Assembly (NCBI RefSeq): GCF_039939235.1
Contig: NZ_JBDUUF010000012.1
Coordinates: forward strand, 83,774-147,773
Source of the DNA: Gordonia sp. B21
GTDB lineage: Bacteria; Actinomycetota; Actinomycetes; Mycobacteriales; Mycobacteriaceae
Direction: 5' to 3'
DNA: 64,000 bases
Part shown: positions 1 through 12,938 of the stretch, piece after piece
Position numbering within the stretch: the stretch's first letter is position 1
Layout: the number at the start of each line of letters is the position of its first letter
The notes under the pieces: generated by a model
What the model was told of the DNA's origin: nothing
The model's database searches: none
The model's input: only the letters and a program-made list of their open reading frames with translations
Translations under genes and position numbers: made by a program

Positions 1-108
1 CGCGGCGTAGGCGAGAACGGCCTGGGTGGAGGTCATGATCGGATTCGCGGTCGGGTCGCCGGGAGCGGAGATTCCGTACTCGACCTCGGTACCGATGATT
101 CGCTGCAT
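1..108 (-). CDS. dop: Pup deamidase/depupylase Dop, N-terminal fragment (gene runs off the window's 5' edge)
   Basis: Minus-strand translation from ATG at 108 reads [36 protein letters not shown]. This matches the Dop N-terminus ([14 protein letters not shown]...) rather than PafA (MQRRIMGIETEFGV). It also fits the Pup-proteasome neighbourhood with mpa downstream. Confidence 0.6.
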   Translation of the reverse strand, partial: MQRIIGTEVEYGISAPGDPTANPIMTSTQAVLAYAA

Positions 109-189
109 GCTTCGAGGGTAGAGGGTCGCCGGGAGCACCTCGCATCGTCCCGCTCGCAGGGTCGCGGCCACGGCAGTACCGTCGTCGCC

Positions 190-2730
190 GTGAAAGCATT
201 CCGCCGGTTCACCGTTCGGGTACCGCTGCCCGCCGAACTCGCCGCCCTCGGTCCCCTCGCCCAGAACCTCCGCTGGGTCTGGCATGTGCCCACCCAGGAG
301 GTGTTCGCCGCCGTCGACCCCGAGCGCTGGGCGGCGACCGGTGATCCGTTGCGGGTGCTGGCCGACGTCGACCCGGGGCGCCTGGCCGAACTGGCCGGCG
401 ACGCGGGGTTCCGCGCGAAGGTCGACGCGATCCACGCCGAGCTGCAGGAGTATCTCGCCACGCCGCAGTGGTTCGGAGAGTACTCGCGAACCCATCCGGT
501 GCCGAGCGGCATCGCGTACTTCTCGATGGAGTTCGGTGTCTCGGAGGTCCTGCCCATCTACTCCGGCGGACTCGGCATCCTGGCCGGCGACCACCTGAAG
601 GCCGCGTCGGATCTGGGCCTGCCACTGATCGGCGTCGGCCTGTTCTACCGGTCCGGCTATTTTCGGCAGGGTCTCGACCGCGACGGCCGGCAGGTGGAGC
701 GCTACCCCGTCAATAATCCCGGCGACCTGCCGATGACGCTGCTCACCGACGACGGCGCGCCGGTGCTCGTGGAGATCTCGATGCCCGAGGGGCGGACCCT
801 GTCCGCGCAGGTGTGGGTGGTCGAGGTGGGTCGGATCCCGTTGCTGCTGCTCGACTCCGACATCGCCGCCAACACCGACGACGCGCTGCGCTCGGTCACC
901 GACCGGCTCTACGGCGGCGACCAGGAGCACCGCATCCTGCAGGAAATCCTGCTCGGCATCGGCGGCGTGCGCGCACTGCGGGAGTACGTTCGCCTCACCG
1001 GACGTGACGAGCCGACCGTCTTCCACATGAACGAGGGTCACGCCGGTTTCCTGGGCACGGAACGGATTCGGGAGCTCGTCGCGGCCGGACTCGACTTCGA
1101 CACCGCGGAGGCGGTGGTACGGGCGTCCAACATCTTCACCACCCACACCCCGGTCCCCGCGGGCATCGACCGCTTCCCCACCGATCTGGTGACCCGCTAC
1201 CTGGACGCCGACGAACAGGGCATCTCGCGGCTGCTTCCGGGACTGCCCGCGGCGACCGTGGCCGAACTCGGCGACGAGGCCGACCCCACCGTGTTCAACA
1301 TGGCGCACATGGGTTTTCGTCTCGGGCAGCGCAGCAACGGCGTGTCACGGCTGCACGGCGAGGTGAGCCGCGAGATGTTCGCCGACCTGTGGCCCGGCTT
1401 CGACGCCGCGGACGTCCCGATCGGCGCGGTCACCAACGGCGTCCACGGCCCGACGTGGGTGTCGCAACGGTGGCGTGACTTCGCAGCGGGCGACGAGGAC
1501 TCCGCGCCCGAGGTGTACGCCGGCCTGCCCGACGAGGAGATCTGGTCGACGCACGAGCGGTTGCGCGCCGACCTCGTCGACGAGGTGCGCCGGCGGGCTC
1601 ACGCCAGCGGACGCGACCGCGGGTTCACCGACGCCGAACTGGCCTGGACGGCCGAACTCTTCGACCCCGGGGTGCTGACCATCGGATTCGCCCGCCGCGC
1701 CGCCACCTACAAGCGGCTCACGCTGATGCTGCGCGACCCGGATCGCCTGCGCCGCATCCTCACCGATCCAGACCGCCCGGTGCAGCTGGTCATCGCGGGC
1801 AAGGCGCATCCGGCCGACGACGGGGGCAAGTCGCTGATCCAGCAGATGGTCCGGTTCACCGAGGACCCGGGGCTGCGCGACCGCATCGTCTTCCTGCCGG
1901 ATTACGACATCTCCATGGCCCGCCACATCTACGCCGGCTGCGACGTGTGGCTGAACAACCCGGTGCGGCCGATGGAGGCGTGCGGGACCTCGGGTATGAA
2001 GTCCGCGCTCAACGGCGGACTCAACCTGTCGATCCTCGACGGATGGTGGGACGAGATGGCCGACGGCGAGAACGGTTGGGCCATCCCGTCGGCGGAGGGC
2101 GTCGCCGACGAGAACCGGCGCGACGACCTGGAGGCCGAGGCGCTGTACACGCTGCTCGAGGAGACCGTGATCCCGCTGTTCTACGACCGTGACGAGCGCG
2201 GTCTGCCGGCTCGGTGGGTGGAGATGATGCGGCACACGCTGACCCGGCTGGGCCCGAAGGTGCTGGCGTCGCGGATGGTCAAGGACTACACGACCGAGCT
2301 GTACTGCCCGGCGGCGACCGCCTTCGACGCCGCTTGTGCCGACGATCACGCGGGCGCAAGGGATCTCGCGCGGTACCGCAAGCTACTCGAGCGGTCATGG
2401 GGGTCGGTGCTGATCGCCGGCGTCGAGGACACGGACCTCGGTGACGAGCTGCGGGTCACCGCGCACGTGGCGCTCGGCGGACTCGACCCCGGCCACCTGC
2501 GGGTCCAGCTCGTCCTGGGCCGCGTCGACGACGAGGGCGAGATCGTCGAGCCGGTGATCGCCGCCATGGAGCCGGCCGACCGGGACTCCTCGGGGCGCGT
2601 GGTGTTCGCGGTGGAGGTCCCCCCGCCCGCGTCGGGTCACCTCGGCTACACCGTGCGGGTGCTCCCCCGCCACGAACAGCTCTCGCACGACGCGGAGTTG
2701 GGGCTGGTGCGGTATCCGGTGGCGGGGTGA
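190..2730 (+). CDS. glgP: alpha-1,4-glucan (glycogen/maltodextrin) phosphorylase, GT35 actinobacterial type
   Basis: 846-aa ORF with GTG start. The N-terminus [32 protein letters not shown] and internal [27 protein letters not shown] match Rv1328-like GlgP along the full length. Confidence 0.9.
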   Translation: MKAFRRFTVRVPLPAELAALGPLAQNLRWVWHVPTQEVFAAVDPERWAATGDPLRVLADVDPGRLAELAGDAGFRAKVDAIHAELQEYLATPQWFGEYSRTHPVPSGIAYFSMEFGVSEVLPIYSGGLGILAGDHLKAASDLGLPLIGVGLFYRSGYFRQGLDRDGRQVERYPVNNPGDLPMTLLTDDGAPVLVEISMPEGRTLSAQVWVVEVGRIPLLLLDSDIAANTDDALRSVTDRLYGGDQEHRILQEILLGIGGVRALREYVRLTGRDEPTVFHMNEGHAGFLGTERIRELVAAGLDFDTAEAVVRASNIFTTHTPVPAGIDRFPTDLVTRYLDADEQGISRLLPGLPAATVAELGDEADPTVFNMAHMGFRLGQRSNGVSRLHGEVSREMFADLWPGFDAADVPIGAVTNGVHGPTWVSQRWRDFAAGDEDSAPEVYAGLPDEEIWSTHERLRADLVDEVRRRAHASGRDRGFTDAELAWTAELFDPGVLTIGFARRAATYKRLTLMLRDPDRLRRILTDPDRPVQLVIAGKAHPADDGGKSLIQQMVRFTEDPGLRDRIVFLPDYDISMARHIYAGCDVWLNNPVRPMEACGTSGMKSALNGGLNLSILDGWWDEMADGENGWAIPSAEGVADENRRDDLEAEALYTLLEETVIPLFYDRDERGLPARWVEMMRHTLTRLGPKVLASRMVKDYTTELYCPAATAFDAACADDHAGARDLARYRKLLERSWGSVLIAGVEDTDLGDELRVTAHVALGGLDPGHLRVQLVLGRVDDEGEIVEPVIAAMEPADRDSSGRVVFAVEVPPPASGHLGYTVRVLPRHEQLSHDAELGLVRYPVAG

Positions 2731-2734
2731 GCCG

Positions 2735-5266
2735 TCAGCGCTTCTTCAGCCGCAACCGTGAGTAGGTGAACGCCAGCAGCAGCACGCTGATGACGGCGAG
2801 CACCCCGTACGCGAGTGCGGTGTGGGCGACCGAGGTGTCCCACAGCGGGATCCGCTGCGGGGCGGCCACGTTGATGTCGTGGAGGTCGACGGCGCCGGCC
2901 GCGGCGACATAGCCCCAGAACGACGGGAAGATCCACGACAACTGTTGCAGCACCACGCCGTCGAGCTTGAACAGGCCGCCGCAGAACACCAGCTGCACCA
3001 TCACCACGATGACCAGTGGCGGCATCACCTGTTCGTTGGACTTGACCGCCGACGAGATGGCGAGCCCCACGAGGGTACTCACGCAGGCGAGGACGGCGAC
3101 CGCGACCAGCAGCGCGAGTGGTGGCGGCAGCAGGGGCCCACCGAACTCGGGCAGTCCACGCCCGGCGAACGTGATGCCGACCATGATGACGGTCTGCAGG
3201 ATCGCGGCGATGAAGAACACCACGATCTTCGCGAAGAGGTAGGCGCCGGGCCGCAGCCCGACGGCTCTCTCGCGTTCGAAGATGTCGCGCTCACCGACCA
3301 GGTCGCGGACCGTCAGCGCCGCTCCCATGAATGCCGCGCCGACGACCAGGACCACCAGGATCTGGATCGCCTCGGCGCCGTCCTTCGGCGGTGGCGCGTT
3401 GGGGATCACCTCGAGGCGGGCGAAGCCGCTCGACCCCGGGATCACCAGGGTCAGCAGGCCGAGCACCACCGGCAACAGCACGAGGAACACAAGGTAGCCG
3501 ACATCGGCGAAGATCAGCCGCACCTGACGCCGGGCGATGGTCGACGCCTGGCGGGTGAAGCTGGTGTGCGGTACCGGGATCGACGGACCGGGCGGGCGCT
3601 GCATCGGTGGCGGTGCCGGAGTGCGGCGGTGCCGTTCGAGGTAGCGCATGTGTGCGGCGTCGGGCTGGTCGGCGACGTAGGCGAAGATCTCCGCCCAGTC
3701 CGAGGTGCCCATCTCCTGCTCCACCTGCGCGGGCGGGCCGCAGAACGACGTCTTGCCGCCGGGTGCGAGCAGCAGCACCTGGTCGCACATCGACAGGTAG
3801 GTCAGCGAGTGTGTCACCACGAGCACGACGCGACCGGCGTCGGCGAGGCGGCGCAGCGTCGCCATCACCTGGCGGTCCAGCGCGGGATCGAGACCGGAGG
3901 TCGGCTCGTCGAGGATCAGCAGCGACGGACCGGTCAGCAACTCCATCGCCACCGAGGCACGCTTCTGCTGGCCGCCGGAGAGCTTTTCGACGCGGGTGTC
4001 GACGTGCTCGGTGAGCTGCAACTCACCGAGCACGCCGTCGATGACCCGGTCGCGATCCTCCCTGGACAGGTCGGGCGGCAGGCGCAGTTCGGCGGCATAG
4101 CGCAGGGCCTGCCGCAGCGTCAGCTTGTGGTGCAGGACGTCCTTTTGGGGGACCATTCCGATGCGGGTGCGCAGGGCGTCGTACTCGGCGTGGACGTTGC
4201 GGCTCTCGAAGGTGACCAGACCCGAGGTCGGCGAGTTGAGGCCGGCGGCGATCTTCGACACCGTCGACTTGCCGGCGCCGGACGGGCCGATCACCGCGGT
4301 CAGGGTGCCGGGGCCGGCGCTGAACTCGACGTCGGCGAGCAGGCGCTTTCCGCCGTCGACGACGAGACCGACGCCGTGGACGTGCAGGCCATCGGCGACC
4401 GCGGCGCCCTCCTGGCCGCGCATGAGGGTGCCGCCGGACACCACGAAGTCGCTGTTGCCGATGGTGACCACGTCGCCGTCGGCAAGCGGCGCGCTGGACA
4501 CGCGGTGGCCGTTGACGAAGGTGCCGTTGACCGACCCGAGGTCCTCGATGACGAGCAGCCCGCCGCGATTGGACACCTGGGCGTGGTGGCGCGAGGCGAG
4601 GACGTCACTGACGACGATGTCGTTGTCCGGAGTACGACCGATGCGCTGGACGCCGCGCAACGAGATCGATTCGCGCTCCGGCGGAGTCGGCGCCCCGGGC
4701 AACCGGTAGACGGCGGAGACGTTCTGCTGCAACGACTGCAGGTGCGGCGCGTTCTGCAGCTCCGGCGGCATCGGCGCCGGCGGCATGGGACGCGGCGGGC
4801 GCGCCGGAGCGGGCATCTGCCCGGAGAACGGCGTGTGACCACCGCCCGGCGCCGCGAACCCCGACGTCCGCGGGCCCGACGGGAACCCGCCCGGCGTGGG
4901 CGCTCCCCGCCACGGGCCGGGCGCCGGGGGACGGTGGCCGGCCGGATCGACCAGCAGGTCGACGACCGGGCCGGTGCTCGCGTCGCCGAGGCGCACCTGC
5001 GTCGGACCGGTGACCATCAACTCGGTCATCCGCTGCCTGCCGGCGAAAAAGCCGTTGGTGCTTCCCATGTCGACGAGGAACCAGGCCGAGCCGCGCCACT
5101 CGATCGCCAGATGCCGGCGCGACACCATCGGATGGTTGACGACGATGTCGTTGTCGGGGTCGCGGCCCAGCGTCAGGCGCGGTGACTCCCCCAGCGGATG
5201 GGGCGGTCCACCGTCGACGACCACGCGTCCTCGCGCCATCGGTGTACTGTTCATCGCCGCCAACAT
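2735..5266 (-). CDS. ABC transporter with two N-terminal FHA domains, an ABC ATPase domain and a C-terminal ABC-2 permease domain (Rv1747-like)
   Basis: Two FHA cores (LTLGRDPDNDIVVNHPMVSRRHLAIEW; RIGRTPDNDIVVSDVLASRHHAQV), Walker A GPSGAGKST, the signature LSGGQQKRASVAMELL, then about 6 TM helices. The track ORF (to 5578) overlaps mpa. The start was moved to the first in-frame ATG (5266) downstream of the mpa stop; ATG 5254 or 5239 are also possible. Confidence 0.8.
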   Translation of the reverse strand: MLAAMNSTPMARGRVVVDGGPPHPLGESPRLTLGRDPDNDIVVNHPMVSRRHLAIEWRGSAWFLVDMGSTNGFFAGRQRMTELMVTGPTQVRLGDASTGPVVDLLVDPAGHRPPAPGPWRGAPTPGGFPSGPRTSGFAAPGGGHTPFSGQMPAPARPPRPMPPAPMPPELQNAPHLQSLQQNVSAVYRLPGAPTPPERESISLRGVQRIGRTPDNDIVVSDVLASRHHAQVSNRGGLLVIEDLGSVNGTFVNGHRVSSAPLADGDVVTIGNSDFVVSGGTLMRGQEGAAVADGLHVHGVGLVVDGGKRLLADVEFSAGPGTLTAVIGPSGAGKSTVSKIAAGLNSPTSGLVTFESRNVHAEYDALRTRIGMVPQKDVLHHKLTLRQALRYAAELRLPPDLSREDRDRVIDGVLGELQLTEHVDTRVEKLSGGQQKRASVAMELLTGPSLLILDEPTSGLDPALDRQVMATLRRLADAGRVVLVVTHSLTYLSMCDQVLLLAPGGKTSFCGPPAQVEQEMGTSDWAEIFAYVADQPDAAHMRYLERHRRTPAPPPMQRPPGPSIPVPHTSFTRQASTIARRQVRLIFADVGYLVFLVLLPVVLGLLTLVIPGSSGFARLEVIPNAPPPKDGAEAIQILVVLVVGAAFMGAALTVRDLVGERDIFERERAVGLRPGAYLFAKIVVFFIAAILQTVIMVGITFAGRGLPEFGGPLLPPPLALLVAVAVLACVSTLVGLAISSAVKSNEQVMPPLVIVVMVQLVFCGGLFKLDGVVLQQLSWIFPSFWGYVAAAGAVDLHDINVAAPQRIPLWDTSVAHTALAYGVLAVISVLLLAFTYSRLRLKKR

Positions 5267-5360
5267 TAGACCGAGAAAGGCCGCGGAAACCGGCTTTGTA
5301 CACCAGACGGCCGACCCCCGGAGGAGTCGGCCGTCGGTGGGAGATGAGGGTGCGCTACCG

Positions 5361-7148
5361 CTACAGGTACTGCCCCGTGTTGGTCTCGGTGTCGATCGCA
5401 CGGCTCGCGCCCGCGCTCTTGCCGGTGACCAGCGTGCGGATGTAGACGATCCGCTCGCCCTTCTTGCCCGAGATCCGGGCCCAGTCGTCCGGATTCGTGG
5501 TGTTGGGCAGGTCCTCGTTCTCGGCGAACTCGTCGAGGATCGAGTCGAACAGATGCTGCACCCGCAGGCCCGGGGCACCGGTCTCCAGCTGCGACTTGAT
5601 CGCGTACTTCTTGGCTCGGTCGACGACGTTCTGGATCATCGCGCCCGAGTTGAAGTCCTTGAAGTACATGATCTCCTTGTCGCCGTTGGCGTAGGTGACC
5701 TCCAGGAAACGGTTGTCCTCGCTCTCGGCGTACATCCGCTCGACGACCTTCTCGATCATCGCCTTCACGCAGGCCGCGCGGTCTCCGCCGAACTCGTCGA
5801 GGTCGTCGGCGTGGATCGGCAGATCCTCGGTCAGGTACTTCGAGAAGATGTCGATCGCGCTCTCCGCGTCCGGACGCTCGATCTTGATCTTCACGTCGAG
5901 GCGACCGGGACGCAGGATCGCGGGGTCGATCATGTCCTCGCGGTTCGACGCACCGATCACGATGACGTTCTCGAGGCCCTCGACGCCGTCGATCTCGCTG
6001 AGCAGCTGCGGCACGACCGTGGTCTCGACGTCGGACGAGACACCCGAACCACGGGTTCGGAAGATCGAGTCCATCTCGTCGAAGAACACGATGACCGGCG
6101 TGCCCTCGGACGCCTTCTCCCGGGCGCGCTGGAAGATCAACCGGATGTGACGCTCGGTCTCACCGACGAACTTGTTCAGCAGCTCGGGGCCCTTGATGTT
6201 CAGGAAGTAGGACTTCGCCTCCTTGGCGTCGTCGCCGCGGGCCAGCGCGATCTTCTTGGCGAGCGAGTTCGCCACCGCCTTCGCGATGAGCGTCTTGCCA
6301 CAGCCGGGCGGACCGTAGAGCAGGACGCCCTTCGGCGGACGCAGCTGGTAGTCGCGGAACAGGTCCTTGTGCAGGAACGGAAGCTCGACGGCGTCGCGGA
6401 TCTGCTCGATCTGCCGGCCGAGGCCACCGATGTCCTCGTAGCCGACGTCGGGGACCTCTTCGAGGACCAGGTCCTCGACCTCGGCCTTGGGCACCCGCTC
6501 GAAGGCGAAACCGGCCTTGGTGTCGATGAGCAGCGAGTCACCGGGACGCAGCTTGCGGCGCTTGCCGTCCTCGCCGTCCACCTCGCCGAGCAGTGGCTCG
6601 GCCAGCCAGACCACGCGCTCCTCGTCGGCGTGACCGACGACCAGCGCACGCTTGCCGTCCCCGAGGACCTCGCGCAGCGTGCTGATCTCGCCGACCGTGT
6701 CGAAGTCACAGGCCTCGACGATGGTCAGCGCCTCGTTCAGGCGCAGCGTCTGACCCTTGCGGAGGGTTTCGGGCTCGATGTTCGGCGAGCAGGTGAGCCG
6801 CATCTTGCGGCCCGAGGTGAAGACGTCCACGGTCCCGTCGGGGTACGTGTCGAGCAGCACGCCGTAACCGCTCGGCGGCTGCCCGAGACGGTCCACCTCT
6901 TCGCGGAGTGCGACCAGTTGCTGCCGGGCCTCTTTGAGTGTGTCGAGCAACTTCGCATTGCGCGCCGTCAGTGCCTCGACACGTTCCTGGAGCTCCTTGG
7001 TGTCCGCCTGGCGCCCGAACGACGGACGTTCGGAACCACTCCGCGCGAGAGGCGGTGTGTAGGCAGGGGTGAAGCCCTCGTCGGGTGCAGTCGCGCTCTC
7101 GGGGACCCCGCGGTCCCCAGTGGCGTCGTGACGGTCAGATTCGGTCAT
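5361..7148 (-). CDS. mpa: proteasome-associated AAA ATPase (Mpa/ARC)
   Basis: N-terminal coiled coil, AAA Walker A GPPGCGKT, and a C-terminal ...TNTGQYL proteasome-docking motif. It sits in conserved context with dop and trmI. Confidence 0.95.
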   Translation of the reverse strand: MTESDRHDATGDRGVPESATAPDEGFTPAYTPPLARSGSERPSFGRQADTKELQERVEALTARNAKLLDTLKEARQQLVALREEVDRLGQPPSGYGVLLDTYPDGTVDVFTSGRKMRLTCSPNIEPETLRKGQTLRLNEALTIVEACDFDTVGEISTLREVLGDGKRALVVGHADEERVVWLAEPLLGEVDGEDGKRRKLRPGDSLLIDTKAGFAFERVPKAEVEDLVLEEVPDVGYEDIGGLGRQIEQIRDAVELPFLHKDLFRDYQLRPPKGVLLYGPPGCGKTLIAKAVANSLAKKIALARGDDAKEAKSYFLNIKGPELLNKFVGETERHIRLIFQRAREKASEGTPVIVFFDEMDSIFRTRGSGVSSDVETTVVPQLLSEIDGVEGLENVIVIGASNREDMIDPAILRPGRLDVKIKIERPDAESAIDIFSKYLTEDLPIHADDLDEFGGDRAACVKAMIEKVVERMYAESEDNRFLEVTYANGDKEIMYFKDFNSGAMIQNVVDRAKKYAIKSQLETGAPGLRVQHLFDSILDEFAENEDLPNTTNPDDWARISGKKGERIVYIRTLVTGKSAGASRAIDTETNTGQYL

Positions 7149-7328
7149 TGCTGACTCCTCTCCCCGGCAATCACCCGATCCCTCGATCGGAATGCTCGCG
7201 CCGTATCACTACGCTACCGGGGCCGACGAAGAATCGCCCTTCACCCCGCGATCGACGGTGTTGACGGTGTGTTAAATGTGCGTACTCGCAACGTAATCGC
7301 GATCTTCGCGGCGCGGAGGATGTTCGGC

Positions 7329-9246
<1,918 letters not shown>

Positions 9247-9277
9247 CGGACTATGCAGATTGTCATAGGCTGGCGTC

Positions 9278-10138
9278 GTGGAGAAGGCGTACTACGAACC
9301 CGTCGAGGCCCCGGCATCGGCGAACACCGGCCCGGACACCGACCCGGCGGCGACCTACGAATACTTCCGTCCGACCCCCGCGACACTGAGCGTCTGGTCT
9401 GATCAGATGCAGCACGGCGGTCCCCCGTCGGCGCTGATGATGCGGTCGCTGTTGCGCTGCGCACCCGATCCCGGCCAGCACCTCACCCGCGTGACGACCG
9501 AGATCCTCGGTCCGATCGGACTGGGCGTCAACCGGATCCACGCCCGCGTCGCCCGTCCCGGCCGGCAGATCAGCCTGGTGGAGACCGAACTCGACGTGCA
9601 GCAGGCCGACGGGTCCTTCCGGACGGCGGCCCGGTCGGTCGGCTGGCGGATCCGCGCCAAGGACACCTCCGAGATCGCCAACGGGCCGGCTCCGCTGACC
9701 CCGCTGCCGGATGAGCTCGAGACGCAGATCGGCTTCCCCGACGACAGCGGCGAGGCCGTCGACTGGGGCACGCTCGGCTTCATCGGCACCGTCGAGTCGG
9801 CACGGACCGAGGGCCGCTACGGGCAGACCCCGGCGGTGTGGCTGCGCCCGGCGATCCCCCTCGTCGACGGCGAGAAGACCAGCGACCTCGAGTCGATCTT
9901 CACCGTCATCGACGTCGCCAACGGCCTGGGCACCCGACTGCGTCCGAACCAGTGGTCGTGGATGAACACCGACACCACCGTGCACCTCACCCGGGTTCCG
10001 AGCGGACCGTGGGTGGGGATCGACGCGCACATGGTCGCCGGCCCGGACGGCTTCGGCGCGACCCTCGGCGACCTCTACGACACGACCGGGTACATCGGGC
10101 GGTCGGCGCAGACGGTCATGCTGAACGCGGTCGGCTGA
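9278..10138 (+). CDS. thioesterase-like (hotdog fold, 4HBT_3 type) family protein
   Basis: 286-aa ORF with GTG start. Its size and two-lobed pattern are typical of actinobacterial 'thioesterase family protein'. There is no catalytic motif I can name with certainty. Confidence 0.5.
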   Translation: MEKAYYEPVEAPASANTGPDTDPAATYEYFRPTPATLSVWSDQMQHGGPPSALMMRSLLRCAPDPGQHLTRVTTEILGPIGLGVNRIHARVARPGRQISLVETELDVQQADGSFRTAARSVGWRIRAKDTSEIANGPAPLTPLPDELETQIGFPDDSGEAVDWGTLGFIGTVESARTEGRYGQTPAVWLRPAIPLVDGEKTSDLESIFTVIDVANGLGTRLRPNQWSWMNTDTTVHLTRVPSGPWVGIDAHMVAGPDGFGATLGDLYDTTGYIGRSAQTVMLNAVG

Positions 10139-10169
10139 CGACCGAACACGACGATGCAGACCTGCAGAC

Positions 10170-10214
10170 GGGAAGGGGCCACGTCCACGGGCCGGGGGAC
10201 GTGGCCCCTTCCCC
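10170..10214. terminator. bidirectional intrinsic terminator hairpin between the thioesterase-like gene (+) and hisG (-)
   Basis: Perfect 17-bp stem GGGAAGGGGCCACGTCC / GGACGTGGCCCCTTCCC with a 10-nt loop. Confidence 0.6.
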
Positions 10215-10232
10215 CTGCGCCGAAGCGCTGCG

Positions 10233-11078
10233 TCAGAAGCGGCAGGACCGGATGTCGGTCGCCAGGATCGCCCGCGCGCCGAGGTCGCTCAGGGCGTCCA
10301 TGAGGTTCTGGTGGTCCTTGCGCGGGACCATCGCACGCACGGCAACCCAGTCGGGGTCGGCCATCGGCGCGACCGTCGGGGACTCGATGCCCGGGGTGAT
10401 CGCCGACGCCTTGTCGAGGAGGGCGCGCGGGCAGTCGTAGTCGATCATCACGTACTGCTGACCGAAGACCACGCCCTGGACGCGGGCGATGAACTGCTTC
10501 TCGGCCTTGGTGAGGTCGGCATCGCGGCGCGAGATGAGCACGGCCTCGGAGTTGCAGAGGCTCTCGCCGAAGGCGGCGAGCCCGTGCTGACGAAGGGTGC
10601 GGCCGGAGCCGACGACGTCGGCGATGGCGTCGGCGACACCGAGCTGGATCGAGATCTCGACCGCGCCGTCGAGGCGGATGATCTCGGCGCTGATGCCGCG
10701 GGCGTCGAGGTCGCCGCGGACCAGGTTCGGGTACGACGTGGCGATGCGCTTGCCCGCGAGGTCGGCGACGGTCCACTCCTGGTCGGCGGGCGCCGCGTAT
10801 CGGAAGGTCGAGGAACCGAAGCCCATGGCGAGCTGCTCGTCGACGGCCGCGCCGGAGTCGAGGGCCAGGTCACGGCCGGTGATGCCGAGATCGAGACGAC
10901 CGGACGCGACGTAGATCGCGATGTCCTTGGGGCGGAGGAAGAAGAACTCGACGTCGTTGTTGTTGTCGAGAACGGTCAGGTCCTTGGAGTCGGACCGCTT
11001 GCGATAGCCGGCCTCGAGCAGGATGGCCGACGCGGATTCGGAGAGCGCACCCTTGTTGGGCACGGCAACTCGCAACAT
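10233..11078 (-). CDS. hisG: ATP phosphoribosyltransferase
   Basis: [14 protein letters not shown]...[20 protein letters not shown]...CRF is near-identical in pattern to Mtb HisG (Rv2121c). The start was set at ATG 11078, with AAGGA 8 nt upstream. Confidence 0.95.
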   Translation of the reverse strand: MLRVAVPNKGALSESASAILLEAGYRKRSDSKDLTVLDNNNDVEFFFLRPKDIAIYVASGRLDLGITGRDLALDSGAAVDEQLAMGFGSSTFRYAAPADQEWTVADLAGKRIATSYPNLVRGDLDARGISAEIIRLDGAVEISIQLGVADAIADVVGSGRTLRQHGLAAFGESLCNSEAVLISRRDADLTKAEKQFIARVQGVVFGQQYVMIDYDCPRALLDKASAITPGIESPTVAPMADPDWVAVRAMVPRKDHQNLMDALSDLGARAILATDIRSCRF

Positions 11079-11154
11079 TTCGATGTCCTTTTCGTGGGAT
11101 TGCACTCAGCTGAGCGGAGTGACGTACGGGTGACGTTGCGGCCGGGTCCTCCGG

Positions 11155-11418
11155 TCACAGATGTCGGTACACGTCCTCCAGCTCGAGGCCCCGCTTGATC
11201 ATCATGACCTGCAACCAGTACAGGAGCTGCGAGATCTCCTCACCGAGCGAATCGTCGGATTCGTGTTCGGCGGCCAACCACACCTCACCGGCCTCTTCGA
11301 TGATCTTCTTGCCGAGAGTGTGCACACCCGAGTCGAGCGCGGCGATGGTACCCGATCCCTCGGGACGGGTCGCGGCCTTCTCGCTGAGTTCGGCGAACAG
11401 CTCCTCGAATGTCTTCAC
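11155..11418 (-). CDS. hisE: phosphoribosyl-ATP pyrophosphatase
   Basis: 87 aa, [24 protein letters not shown]...[23 protein letters not shown] (HisE/MazG-like). Its ATG overlaps the stop of the upstream HAD gene (ATGA). Confidence 0.9.
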   Translation of the reverse strand: MKTFEELFAELSEKAATRPEGSGTIAALDSGVHTLGKKIIEEAGEVWLAAEHESDDSLGEEISQLLYWLQVMMIKRGLELEDVYRHL

Positions 11419-12140
11419 GAGTCACCATTTTTGCATGTGGCGATATGCGCGAGCCCGCCGGTCCATGCCTCGGTGACCTCCTCGATGCTCAGACCCACCA
11501 GCGTGTGGCGGAACACACGCAGCGGGCCGGGCTCGACGGGGGCCGCCGACGGCACGACCAGCGTGGGCACCCCGGCCGTCGTCGCCGCCTGCGCACCGGT
11601 CGGCGAGTCCTCCACCGCGAGACAGTCGGCGGTCGAGGCGCCGACGAGTTCCGCGGCCCGCAGGTACGGATCCGGGGCCGGTTTGCCGACGGCGACCTCG
11701 TCACCGCACACCGTGGCGGTGAACCGGTGCCGTCCGATGGTCTCCAGGGCAACGTCGGCCACCTCACGCACGGTGTTGGTCACCAGCACCATCGGGATTC
11801 CCGCGCCGGCGACCAGCTCCAGCGCCTCGAGCGCACCCGGTCGCCACGGCAGTCCGTCGCCGAAGAGCTCGGTCACCCGGTCGAGGGTCCAGCGCCCGTC
11901 GGCGGCCGGGTCGCGGTCCTCCGGCGCGAGGCCGACGGCGTCGTGGAGTTTCGCCAGCGCGTCGGGCAGCGCGTTGCCGAGCGTCGACTCGCGCAGCTGT
12001 GGCGTCAACTCGATGCCGTGGCGTTCGGCGAGCTCACGCACCGCGATCTCCCAGATCGGCTCGGAATCGAGCAGGGTGCCATCCATGTCCCAGAGGACGG
12101 CGGCGGGGAGTCGGGAGGGAGCGAGGACTGCGTCGGTCAC
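11415..12140 (-). CDS. HAD-IA family hydrolase (phosphatase / beta-phosphoglucomutase-like)
   Basis: HAD motif [13 protein letters not shown], motif II VTNT, motif [11 protein letters not shown], motif [13 protein letters not shown]. The track ORF carries a 254-aa Arg-rich false extension. The start was set at GTG 12140, overlapping the stop of the upstream regulator (GTGA). Confidence 0.75.
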   Translation of the reverse strand: MTDAVLAPSRLPAAVLWDMDGTLLDSEPIWEIAVRELAERHGIELTPQLRESTLGNALPDALAKLHDAVGLAPEDRDPAADGRWTLDRVTELFGDGLPWRPGALEALELVAGAGIPMVLVTNTVREVADVALETIGRHRFTATVCGDEVAVGKPAPDPYLRAAELVGASTADCLAVEDSPTGAQAATTAGVPTLVVPSAAPVEPGPLRVFRHTLVGLSIEEVTEAWTGGLAHIATCKNGDS

Positions 12141-12934
12141 CCCTGCATCATCGCAACCCACTCCTCGGTCGGCTCGTCCGCCGGGTAGAAGAGCTCGATG
12201 GTCAGCTCCTCGAGAGTGACGTCGCGCGGTGACCCGAAGGTGGTCAGGGTGGTGAAGAACGACAGCTTCTGCTCGCCCAGCACGATCTCGAACGGCACCA
12301 GCAGCCGGGACGGATCGTGCGGCCGCTCCCCCGCCACCCGGCGCTCGTCGAGCCCGACGACGGTCTCGTACGCCGACACCTCCCGCTCGAGCGCGAGCAG
12401 CCGCTCGTCGCCGGTGATGCGGGCCATCCGTCGCAGGAGGTCGACGAGGTAGCCGCCCCACTCGTCGAAGTTGTGCGTCAGCTTCGCGAAGCCGTCGGGA
12501 TGCAGCGACACCCGGAACAGGTTGACCGGCGCGGCCTGGAATTCCTCCGGCAACAGGCCCAAGAAGCCGACCGCGGTGTCGTTGGCCAGCACGACGTTCC
12601 ACGTCCGATCCAGTGCGACGCCGAGATTCGGTTGGTGGGCGTCGAGCAGACGGACGATCTGGGCGCGCACCCGTGCCATCGTCTCGGCATCGAGCGGCTC
12701 CTCGGTGTAGCGCGGCGCGTGCCCGGCGGCAACGAGAAGCGAATTGCGTTCGCGCAGAGGGATGTCCAGCTTTTCGGCGAGGGCGTCGAGCAACTCCGGG
12801 CCGGGTCGGGACTTGCCGGTCTCGACGAAGCTGAGGTGCTTGGGCGACACCCCGACCGCGTAGGCGAGGTCGAGCTGGCTGATCGAGCGCCGGGAACGCC
12901 ACTGCCGCAGCAACGCCCCCACCTCGACGGTCAT
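12137..12934 (-). CDS. XRE-family HTH transcriptional regulator with a C-terminal MmyB-like ligand-binding domain
   Basis: N-terminal HTH LRQWRSRRSISQLDLAYAVGVSPKHLSFVETGK; the C-terminal ~170 aa have an MmyB-like pattern. It lies 4 nt downstream of the CinA-like gene stop. Confidence 0.8.
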   Translation of the reverse strand: MTVEVGALLRQWRSRRSISQLDLAYAVGVSPKHLSFVETGKSRPGPELLDALAEKLDIPLRERNSLLVAAGHAPRYTEEPLDAETMARVRAQIVRLLDAHQPNLGVALDRTWNVVLANDTAVGFLGLLPEEFQAAPVNLFRVSLHPDGFAKLTHNFDEWGGYLVDLLRRMARITGDERLLALEREVSAYETVVGLDERRVAGERPHDPSRLLVPFEIVLGEQKLSFFTTLTTFGSPRDVTLEELTIELFYPADEPTEEWVAMMQG

Positions 12935-12938
12935 GGCG

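Noticed and set aside
2822-5185. 787-aa plus-strand ORF
   Set aside because: It is antisense to the FHA-ABC transporter; His/Arg/Asp-rich junk.
12141-12902. 254-aa N-terminal extension of the HAD hydrolase ORF
   Set aside because: Arg-rich and overlaps the real XRE/MmyB regulator gene in another frame.
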